DNA of 64,000 bases from Eutreptiella sp. 'Long Island Sound 2002' (taxonomy: Eukaryota > Protista > Euglenida). The stretch lies in the NCBI GenBank assembly GCA_964036045.1, contig OZ038378.1, positions 142,166,001 to 142,230,000 of the forward strand. Direction: 5' to 3'. Below, in pieces: positions 12,560 through 23,760 of this stretch. Numbering within the stretch: position 1 is the stretch's first letter; each line of letters opens with the position of its first letter. The notes beneath the pieces are model-generated. The model did no database searches. It saw only the letters and a list, made by a program, of their open reading frames with translations, and had not been told where the DNA came from. Made by a program: the position numbers and the translations under genes.

Positions 12560-15210
12560 TCAGTGTGAAGTTCACACGAGCAGTCTGTAGAGAGCTACGG
12601 TCACTATCGACACTGTCACGCGGGGACCTAGGCATGGGCTGCATGCCCAGAGCGTTCCACAATTCATGCATGCCGTCGCACGGCACTAGGGACAGCTCGG
12701 GAGACAAAATGGCAAAGAACGAAAAGTCTAGGATTTTGGGTAGTAGTGGCGTGTGGGGGGCCTCGGGGAGGGGTGTATCTTCTTTGAAGGCGCGATGTAC
12801 GCCAGGCAGGAGGACTTCGCCCAACAGCCTGGCCATACAGCCGGTGGAGACCAATCATTTATAGGCAATGCCTGATACTGCCGCAATGCTTACGGGTAAA
12901 TGGGTGGCCATAAGCGTGAGATGAATTGTGCATGTGAGTTGCTGTCAAACAGATGCGCCACCGTCAATACTCCCTGTCTGATGAGGTGCGGGGCAAAATA
13001 CGTGTGATGATGCTTGTTACAAAAGGTTGTGGAGTGCCACAGTGGCAGGTCTTTTAACGGAAGGGATAGCTTGATTTTGGTGCCCTTGCGCGCTAGGGAA
13101 TACGCTTTATAACTGTGTGCGAGGTAACCCGCTCCTTTCATGGGGACGGGCCCCGATTGTGTCACCGCGAGTACCTTGTGGTTGGCGGGGATTCCATAAT
13201 GAGTGCAGAATTTAACGAATGCCTACAATACATACATCGGCATAATCGGGGGGGAGGTCAGTGCTGCAATTGTTGCTGTCCCGCCTTGGGCAGCAAGCCA
13301 TGTTTGGGGCAAGGGTACCGAGTACCCTCCTTGGTCCATGTGTTGGGAAAGTTGATGGGTTGTGATTCCCCAACTATCAAAACAAAAGAGTATGTTGTAA
13401 ACAGTGTTTGGTGCCACGACCACGGACCGATCGGCAACGTAAGTCCGGGCCGTCAGCAACAACGCGGGAAGGATCCACGTTTTCGGAAGTGTGATTTTCT
13501 CCGTAATGGACAGGGCGATGGTGGCTGCAATTCGCGCTCTGCGGTACGCCTCTCGCAGGGGACCCACAAAGGCTTCTGTCACCGACACGTGCCCCATCTG
13601 CACTCCAAGGTACCGGACCTTTGTTTCGTGTTGTAGGCCCGAATCTTGCATGAACTGCAGAGCCTCTGGCTGTAGCGTACCCATTGTGATATACGCCGAC
13701 TTGCCTACGTTTTGTTGCTGTTGAAAAACACTAGAGCTCACGAAACACCTGCTTGAGCAGCTGTGTCGTGGTCTCCTGACCAAACGTGATGAGAAAATCA
13801 TCTACGTAGAGGTACATGCCAATTTTAACGCGCAGCCGGAGCGGGTGAATGTTGATTGCCGCGCAAAAAGAGAAGAACTGGGTTGAAAACGGGTAACCCT
13901 AACCAATGCCTGCTTCCTGATAGAAGATCACCTCCCTGATGGCCGCACTGCCCACCAGGAAGTGGTATTGCGATCTTAGCGAAGACATGACTAGGCTCAC
14001 AAAAGTGGGCGGGAAAGAAAAGAATGTGAGAGTTGCTCTGATAAAATTATGCGAGAGCGTGGGGAAAGTGTTGCGGTAGTCGATGGTGAGAAGCATCATG
14101 GACTCCATTGTGGCCCATTCCCCTCTGACTCCCCAAATGTGATGCTGCGTTTGTCTGTGTTTAATGCATCCCACTTGTTGGGGGGGGGGGGTGATCTAGC
14201 GCAGGATGTCTTCTACCTGGATGAGTAGGGTTGTCCTGAACCATTTATTTTTAAATTGCTGCAATGCAATGGGACGCAGGTTCTCAACTGTGGAAGCCCC
14301 TATTCTTTTTGAGATGCACTTGATCAGGCCTTTGTTCCAGGCTTCCGGGAAATTTCCATCTTCTTGTGCATGCTGCACGATTTCCAGCATACCTACAGAG
14401 AAGAATTCATGAAATTCTTGATATATGTTAAGGCACATCCATCAATGCCTAGAGAGGCTCCAGGGACTTGCCTCTTGAGCGCCTCCTGAACCAGTTCCAG
14501 CGACAACGTCTTGAAAAGTGCTGGGGCCAGCCTTTTCAGCGATGTTGGGATCGGGAGGGATTGCATGCATTCGGCACAAGTTCACACGAGCAGTTAGTAG
14601 ACCAGCTACAGTCACTATGGACACTGTCACGCGGGGACCTAGGCATGGGCTGCATGCCCAGAGCGTTCCACAATTCATGCATGCTTTCGCACGGCACTAG
14701 GGACAGCTCGGGAGACGAAATGGCAAAGAACAAAAAGTCTAGGATTTTGGGTAGTAGTGGCGTGTGGGGGGCCTTGGGGAGGGGTTCATTCTTGGCCCTT
14801 TTCACTTTAGGGGTGGCAGGTGTGGTAATGACTTGCAGTGCCGGTGTGGCCTTTGTTGGAAAAAGGGGTTGGGACATGCGTCCCACTTTTGAGAGTCTGT
14901 CAGCATCCTCATTGCCAGGGACGTCGACGTGTACGTAGACGTGACGGCACCTTGACCCGGAGGATTTCCCTGTCGGGGTTGGATAACTCCTGCAGGAGGG
15001 TTTGCAAGAGATCAACACAGGCCACCTTGCCGCTGGCTGGAAACCTCGGCATTGCCACCTTTTGGACGCCCCCTGGGCACCGAGTAGGACATACTCATAG
15101 TCTGTGCAAATGGCAAATTTGGTGTTTGCTAAAATTTGTAGTGCTCGGACAGCCGCGTAGAGCTCTTCCGCATTATTGATTTGGCGGAGATGCTGCAGTG
15201 GTCTCATTCG
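12560..15210 (-). mobile_element. Degenerate non-LTR retrotransposon, copy 1 (RNase H - RT - post-RT region), plus an extra pre-RT fragment at 12560-12775
   Basis: RNase H motifs NNAEELYAA and PGNEDADRLSK. RT motifs ENLRPIAL, IDYRNTF, MYLYVDD and KVRYLGV. Several stops and frameshifts. Confidence 0.85.
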
Positions 15211-16299
15211 AGGTTTTCAAACGCTCCCCTCGGCCCCTCAAAGCTGGGATCGTAGCCACTGCAGTGTTGCGGAGATTCTTGGAGTTCAATATGTACAGTC
15301 AGAGGTGCATAAGTGCTGGCTCTGTGGCGGCCTGCTCTGCCCTGCTTGGGATCTGTTCCGTCCTGCTGCCTCCCCCTACTTGTCCCCACGTACCCTCGCT
15401 GAACCTAAACTGTCAAACAGCAGATAGGGCCCGCGAAGGCAGGCCCTAAACTGCTTATGCTCTCATCATGCTCTCATCTGCCTGGCAAAACAGGTTATCT
15501 GCCCTGGGCGATAAGACACCTTGAGCTGCGCCTGTGACAAAACACGCGGCTTTTCCACTAATGCTGCCTAACTGATGGGAGAGTCAGCAACAACGTGTAG
15601 AGAAAACATGTCGCATCCCTTGAAATGGGGTCACTGGTATGGTATAATGTTTGCTGAAAGTGCCTTAGCACTTCTGGCATCCTTGCAAACAAGATGTAAT
15701 AATAATCCCCGGACCTGCCGGCTGAGGTGCACATTGGCCGGCGGCGCCCTGCTGCAATGGGTACCATCAAAATGGCCTCCCAATTGAAGGTGTCCATCTG
15801 GTCTTCTCTTTTCCGGGTGCAATTGATGCGCATATTTTCACAAACATGCTGTTTAAGCATCCGGTACAAGCCACCATCATCGAAAACAGCTCGTGATGCG
15901 ACATTTGTTCTGGTGTGCCGAGTATTGTTACGATTTCAACCATCATGCAGGATGGTCCTTGGATCTACAACCTGATCCACACTTGTTGGTTTCGACGCCA
16001 TTGGATGGCGTCATGGGTGAAGTTGAGGAACCCAGGGCCTCATGTTCAACCTCCTGCGGTTTTTTGAGTGCTTGCACTTTGAATCGCTGGCGTGTTTCTT
16101 GTGGTGTAAGCGGTCTGGGCGGTCTCAGCCGTCTAGGCTGTTGCCCTCCCCCACGTTTTGTGTGCCAACCTCCCCGCGTCATGAGCCCCCGTGCCCCCGT
16201 GACAGGACACAGGCCAATGTGGTTGTAGCAATCTAAGTGCAATGGGACAAGAGTAGGCACCGCATTGTGTCGCACTGGGTGTGGTGGGGGCCTAGCTGG

Positions 16300-19200
16300 G
16301 AGTTATGGCGAAGACTGTCCACTCTTCAGCTTAGCCCTCTCCTTCCTATCTTTACAGGTGTCACTAGCATCAGTGCTGCACTCATCTGAGTCGGCAAGGA
16401 GGCATCCTTCTACCGAATCTTGGGGCTCAGGGTCCGGTAGGGCTGATGCAGGCAAGTACATTGGTTGGAACGTCGGCGACGAGGCCTCTTTATCCCGAGA
16501 GGGAAGGCATGTGTCGGACATCGGTTCCAGTCCCAAACCCCTCCACACCGCCAGGGGGGAGGGGGTTGCATAGGGAGGGGGTGAACCCAACAGCGCACTC
16601 ACCACAGAGTGTGGTGTTCGAAAGTCATCTGTTTCTTGGTCGTCTGAGGTGGCCTGCGAAGGTGTGTTGAATAGGGTCATGGCCAAGGCTGTTTCCATTT
16701 CGGAGTCGCCGTCAAACAAAAATTGTGTACGCGCCTTGACTGGGGCCGCCGGGCTTGGTGTGTGGGAGATCTCTTGTTTGTCTGGGGAAGGAAACCTGAG
16801 GAGAGGGTGGTCTTGCCTCCCCTTCTCGGCTAGGGTGTCCGCCCTTTCATTGCCTGGTATGCCGTGGTGCGATCGGGACCAGGCCCACCTAATTAGGTGC
16901 TGCGCCATGTCAATGGCGAGTAGCAGGGCTTCCCACACGTCCGAGTAGGGCACAGGACCTGTGGGCAGGCACCATTGCAGTCGCCGCCAAGTATAGGCCT
17001 TGCCGGCCACGCCATTCAGCACATAACTAGAGTCCCCGAAAATTACTGTCTTTTGTGAGACTTTCACTACTGCCCAAATTTCCGCTTTCAACTCCGCCCT
17101 GTTGTTGGTTTGTTTTTCGAGCGTGTCCAGGGGGGAGGAGGATTCCCAGTGCCCTTGGTGGCAACTGCGACAAACCCCCACCCAACCGGCCTTGGGGTAG
17201 TATTTGGCTGAGCCATCAAAATGAAAGATATGCCATCCCTCAACCAGGTAAACTTGTTGGATGGCAATGACTTGCTGTGCCATTGTGACTTTGCGTCCAA
17301 CAACAATCCTAAACCGCAAAAACACAATGAACAATGTGTTTTTGCGGTTTAGGATTGTTGTGCAAGGTTGAGTGTGCGTCATGCACTCGACGGGTGCGCC
17401 AATTGACGTGCACTGCCTTAAAAGTACCCTCCTGTGTGAAATGCATGAGCAAGTTGAAGAACTTCTGGACCCCACCACAGTGACCTTTCAGTAGTTCCAA
17501 GATAAGTAACGTTTTCAGCTCTTGGAGCCACCGGTGGACATATTGTTCAAATGTGCGTTCGGTGTTCGGTGTAGCCGAGCAGCGCGTTGCCTAGTGTGCC
17601 TTGCGGGCTGCCAAAAGGATGAGCCGTGGTGTGGTGTTGAACGTGTGTTCAAGTGGGAAGTGCATCCAGCACCCTGTTTTACCATTCGGCCTCCGTTACC
17701 CAAAGCACTCCACCATGAATCACGTGCGCCCATAGAATGCGCAGTTGTGCAAGGCGTGAAACACAGTCTCCCACGCCCCACACATGGGGCAGGCAGAGGT
17801 TTTTTGCCATGGTTCCAGGCGGTGCCGTACCTTTAGTTTGTGCCATATGCATTGATTGCAAAGTCTTTTAAGCTGGGCGGTAGTTTGGCTAGCCAGAAGG
17901 CCTTCCCAGCTTCGGGCTTCGCGCGGTGGTGTATCTTCTTTGAAGGCGCGATGTACGCCAGGCAGGAGGACTTTGCCCAACAGCCTGGCCATACAGCCGG
18001 TGGAGACCAATCATTTATAGGCAATGCCTGATACCGCCGCAATGCTTACTGGTAAATGGGTGGCCATAAGCGTGAGATGAATTGTGCATGTGAGTTGCTG
18101 TCAAACAGATGCGCCACCGTCAATACTCCCTGTCTGATGAGGTGCGGAGCAAAATACGTGTGATGATGCTTGTTACAAAAGGTTGTGGAGTGCCACAGTG
18201 GCAGGTCTTTTAACGGAAGGGATAGCTTGATTTTGGTGCCCTTGCGCGCTAGGGAATACGCTTTATAGCTGTGTGCGAGGTAACCCGCTCCTTTCATGGG
18301 GACGGGCCCCGATTGTGTCACCGCGAGTACCTTGTGGTTGGAGGGGATTCCATAATGAGTGCAGAATTTAACGAATGCCTACAATACATACATCGGCATA
18401 ATCGGGGGGGAGGTCAGTGCTGCAATTGTTGCTGTCCCGCCTTGGGCGGCAAGCCATGTTTGGGGCAAGGGTACCGAGTACCCTCCTTGGTCCATGTGTT
18501 GGGAAAGGTGATGGGTTGTGATTCCCCAACTATCAAAACAAAAGAGTATGTTGTAAACAGTGTTTGGTGCCAAGACCACGGACCGATCGGCAACGTAAGT
18601 CCGGGCCGTCAGCAACAACGCGGGAAGGATCCACGTTTTCGGAAGTGTGATTTTCTCCGGTATGGACAGGGCGATGGTGGCTGCAATTCGCGCTCTGCGG
18701 TACGCCTCTCGCAAGGGACCCACAAAGGCTTCTGTCACCGACACGTGCCCCATCTGCACTCCAAGGTACCGGACCTTTGTTTCGTGCTGTAGGCCCGAAT
18801 CTTGCATGAACTGCAGAGCCTCTGGCTCCAACGTACCCATTGTGACATACGCCGACTTGCCTACGTTTTGTTGCTGCTGAAAAACGCTCGAGCTCACGAA
18901 ACACCTGCTTGAGCTGCTATTCCGTGGTCTCCTGACCAAACGTGATGAGAAAATCATCTACGTAGAGGTACATGCTCATTTTAACGCGCACCTGTTGGAG
19001 CGGAAAAATGTTGATTGCTGCGCAAAAGGAGAAGAGCTGGGGTGAAAAGGGGTCACCCCCTTTTTCCGACAAAGGCCACACCGGCACTGCAAGTCATTAC
19101 CACATGTGCCACCCCTAAAGTGAAAAGGGCCAAACATGAACCCCTCCTTGAGTCCCGCCACACGCCACTACTACCCAAAATCCTAGACTTTTCGTTCTTT

Positions 19201-20600
19201 GCCATTTTGTCTCCCGAGCCGTCCCTAGTGCCGTGCGACAGCATGCATGAATTGTGGAACGCTCTGGGCATGCAGCCCATGCCTAGGTCCCCGCGTGACA
19301 GTGTCCATAGTGACTGTAGCTACTCTACTAACTGCTCGTGTGAACTTGTGCCGAATACATGCAATCCCTCCCGATCCCAACATCGCTGAAAAGGCTGTCC
19401 CCGGCACTTTTCAAGACGTTGTCTTTGGAACTGGTTCAGGAGGCGCTCAAGAGGCAAGTCCCTGGAGCCTCTCCAGGCATTGATGGATGTGCCTTAAACA
19501 TATATCAAGAATTTCATGAATTCTTCTCTGTAGGTATGCTGGAAATCCTGCAGCATGCACAAGAAGATGGAAATTTCCCGGAAGCCTGGAACAAAGGCCT
19601 GATCAAGTGCATCCCAAAAACAGCAGCGGCTTCCACAGTTGAGAACCTGCGTCCCATTGCACTGCAGCAATTAAAAAAGAAATGGTTTATGATAGCCCTA
19701 CTCATCAAGGTAGAAGACATCCTGCGCTAGATCACCCCCCCCCCCAACAAGTGGGATGCATTAAACACAGACAAACGCACCATCACATTTGGGGAGTCAG
19801 AGGGGAATGGGCCACAATGGAGTCCATGATGCTTCTCACCATCGACTACCGCAACACGTTCCCCGAGCTCTCGCATAATTTTATCAGAGCAACTCTCACA
19901 TTCTTTTCTTTCCCGCCCACTTTTGTGAGCCGAGTCATGTCTTCGCTAAGATCGCAATACCACTTCCTGGTGGGCAGTGCGGCCATCAGGGAGGTGATCT
20001 TCTATCAAGCAGCAGGCATTGGTTAGGGTGTCCCACTTTTGAGAGTCTGTGAACCTCCTCATTGCCAGGGATGTCGACGTGTACGTAGACGTGACGGCAC
20101 CTTGACCCGGAGGATTTCCCTGTCGGGGTTGGATAACTCCTGCAGGAGGGTTTGCCAGAGATCAGCATAGGCCACCTTGCCGCTGGCTCCCCTCCATCCT
20201 CGGCATTGCCACTTTTTGGCCCCCCTTGGCACCGTGTAGGACATAATCAGAGTTTGTGCAAATGGCAAATTTGGTGTTTGGTAAAAATTGTAGTGCTCGG
20301 ACAGCCGCGTAGAGCTCTTCCGCATTATTGGTTTGGCAAAGATGCAGTGGCATATAATTGGTCACTCGAACGCCACTTTCTGTGGCAATACTATATCCAG
20401 CGATACGACCCACTCTGGGCTCATCTTCCGAGGAGCCATTGGTGAAAATGAACAGATATCCCTGTGCCCGGAGCTCGGCGAGCTCCGTGTACAGTTCCTC
20501 CGCTCTCTTCCAAGTCATTAGCGTTATTACCCCTAACCCCCCATGAAGTTCACCCCTACCACTCCAAGGAGCGGAGGTATCATCCTTCATGAAAGTATGT
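16300..20600 (-). mobile_element. Degenerate non-LTR retrotransposon, copy 2 (RNase H - RT - zf-RVT - RNase H), with internal inversion at ~19050-20030
   Basis: N-terminal RNase H (FTNGSS...TNNAEEL...TNSDYV...PGNEE). RT N-terminal half reads on the + strand (19359-20026). YVDD near 18960, YLG thumb motif, CPMCGAWETVFHALHNC, then a second RNase H (FDGSA...TNNRAEL...GDSSYV...PGNERAD). Confidence 0.88.
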
Positions 20601-21749
20601 GCCGAAATAAACTAGGCACTTCATGCCTTTTCCTTTGAGAGTTAAGCCCAGTGGTCTCCCACCAAAGAACCTTGATACTCCGAATTTCTATCTACTTATT
20701 TTGGCTCTACTTTGTAACTCTTTCTGAATTCATTTGGTTTGCCAAGCTGGCCAAGCCATATATTGTGTAGACTTGACCCATGGCGCCCCTGAGTCCCATT
20801 CGGTTGCAGGTACAGTTGCTAACTCAGCAAAATTGTGCCCATCAAGTGATGATTTCAGGCTATCTTTCCATATTGCTGCCATTTTGGATCTACTTTGTTT
20901 ATAAAAGAATCTCATGCTTGCGGCCCCTTTTTGCTACTCATGCTTTGATTTGGAAGGTTGCATCACAACTATCCTGATTTCGAGCCATTTGTGGCGGTGC
21001 CACTGCTTGCATTCCTGCTTGAGCTTACTACAATGGATTTCACAAAAGCAGTGGGTTTTTTTCAGATTACTCAAGTGGCAACTAAATAGTCTTTCTCGGA
21101 TTGGATCTCTATGAAACACGACTAGTGTAGCGCTGCGGCTGGTGGCAAATCATGCTTTCTAGACAATGTATTCCGGCTCACTGTAGAGTAGAATTTGTGG
21201 TGATCGTCCGCAATGCACATGCGGAAAGATGATTTGGAATAGATTTGACATTACAAAACACATGACCGTATATTCCCTTGGTGCTCTAAAACATTTTGCT
21301 GAACAGCCCCGAAGGACTGCGGATCCCAAGGAATACCCCAACAAAAAGAATGCTGATCAAACTCGCTTTGCGGACAGTTAGCACCACGTTTTTCCAAGTA
21401 TCAGCAAGAAAACACCTAGAGGTCAAAGTCAATGGTGGTGCATGGGGGTAAACTAGGATTGCTTCCTTCTATTCTCTTTCCTAATATTTCGCAGCCATTC
21501 GCCTCCTTGATTTGTTAGCTAGAGCCCCACCGCGATGTTCATATAACAACACCCAGTAGAGCTGTTGTGTGCGTAATGCAGCACGCCCTGTCCCGAGCGC
21601 CATTGCTCCGCTACTGAGGAGATATTTTTGAGGTGTGTATGTGCAGTGCATCTTGCACGCCTGTTCATATGGGTGAGTAGTAATTAGCCGTTCTCGAAAA
21701 AAATAGAACAATGAGTTTCAGGTCACTGCTGCAGATATGGCCCTCACGG

Positions 21750-22528
21750 GTACATACTCAAGCTAGTACCCATCCTTAGGGGAGGCTTGCTCGCGTAGGC
21801 CATCGTGTTCAAGGGATCTGCATGTGATGTAGGCGTGTAGTGAAGCAAAACTGGGACGAAAACCACTCCCACTGGCCACGTAGTCAGTGGCCCCCTGTGG
21901 CCTTGGACTCTGCGAGCAAATGCAGTAACTCCCTTCTTGGCTGCTTCTCGTGCCAGCCTGCCGGGTACAGCGAGTTGGTCCCTGGAGCGCAGTGTGTGGC
22001 CCAGCTCGTTGTGCCCTTCTGTGTCCATGATGTGACTGTGAGCCTTTGTTGTGGCTAGGTGGGTGGTGCAAGTGCAAGCGGGACGGTCTGTATTCCAATC
22101 TGCGGAGGTGGAGAGCTTGCTGAAAACTGTCTGCACTGAGTGCGGACTGGACCGAACGACTCTGGCTAGTTTTTTGACCTTTTCCCACGCGCGCATCTTC
22201 GTGGTCCGCAAAATTCTGCGCATAATGCACAAGACGGCTGTTTTCTGTGTGGGCGTGCAGTTTGGTATAGTGACGCAGGCACCATGCAGCATCGGGATGT
22301 CCAGGGAGCCCGAGAGACCAGTCAATTCTGCCTGCATGCTCTTTACCCGCGTAGTCTCTGTCCCACTGTGCCGGTCGGATCTCTTTAATGAGGCGGAGTA
22401 CACACTGGTTGAGCCAGTGGTTCTGCCTGATCGTTCCTGGCTGGGAATACCTGGGGGAACATCATTACATGCCCAGTGGCGGAGTCGGTACCACCAGCCC
22501 TGTTCCCGTACCCCTGTCCACCACACAT

Positions 22529-22572
<44 letters not shown>

Positions 22573-23240
22573 CACACACAATTGCGAGACAAACGGGCAC
22601 AACTCAGGTTACGAGGGTCAGAATCCTTGTCAGTTGGAACGTCAAACAAGACAGGGCATGTCCGACGCCAACAGGCGCCTTTTTGCAGTACAGGGGACAA
22701 GACGGGTACATCCTGGACCAGGGTCAGCAAGTTGATGGAGCCTCTGCCAGCGTCACTGCAGCAGAGGCCTGCGGCAAACAAGGATGGCTTTTGCCTCCAG
22801 TCCAGACTACCCTCCCTTCATCAGACCAGACCCATCCCTGTTCCCTGTTCTGCTTTAGCGTCAACGAGGCCTGTGCATTGACCGTTAACGACAAACCAGC
22901 GCATCTGTTTGGTACGGGGGGGGCGGGGAAAGGAGGCCTTGGGGAGAGAGAACACCACAGTGAACGGAGTCAACATGCACCATCATTGGTGCATTACACA
23001 CACACATTGCCTGTAGCCTCGTCGTTGCATGCACATGTGGCCTGTGTGCAGGGCTGTTGCAGCCGGACCAGGTTTTCTGCATCCCAGCACCAGGCGCCAT
23101 TGATACTGTTAACGGTGAGGCTGTCTGGGAGCCTCCATGAGCTGTATGTATCCGCCGCCCAGAAAGCATGTTTATTCAGCCACCGTTTAATGACTGATAC
23201 AACGACACAACGCTTCACAGGCATATGGTATGACACATGA
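21750..23240 (-). mobile_element. Relic of a second, diverged Penelope-like family member
   Basis: WWYRLRHWACNDVPPG matches WWFVFKKWACNDVPPG of the neighbouring element. WAADTYSSWRLPDSLTVNSINGAW matches WVVDQYSSWALPPHLRVSGVSGAW. RT core is missing. Confidence 0.7.
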
Positions 23241-23243
23241 TGA

Positions 23244-23760
23244 CACACACTTGTGCAGGAACCAACAAGAAAACCACTGACCGCGAGCGCAGTGGAGAAC
23301 GACGTTAGCACCAGGAACACCTCGTCAGGCCAGTGAGCATCAAAACAAGAACAAAGCAGAAAGCATTGAGAATGTCATGATGTCAAGGCTAGGCGCCTTT
23401 CTGAAGTGAAGTGATAGAGGAGACAGTCGTGTTATCTTCCTGGCACAGTGCTGGAGTCATATACGACACTACTCTAGGCACCCACTGACCATGGGGAGGG
23501 GAAACAATCGCATGTTCGCACTACGCAGCAGTCCTTTCATGCCCACGAGATATCCCTGTCCGTACTTAACGCGTGCCATCGCGCGGAGGAAAGGCGGGGA
23601 CAAGGAGTAGGCCTGTATTACCAAACCCATCGGTGTTGACGCCAGAAGCCGGTGGCTGGTAGTGCCTGGCCCCTGGCCTACAGGAGAAAGGAATAAACAG
23701 ACAGGGGGGGAACAAGAAGAAACATGGAGCCGGGTGTAACCACCCGCTCACACACACACA
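23244..23760 (-). repeat. Pseudo-LTR (3-prime copy) of the Penelope-like element
   Basis: Near-identical direct repeat of 29068-29580 (offset ~5824), with only a few substitutions seen. Confidence 0.9.
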
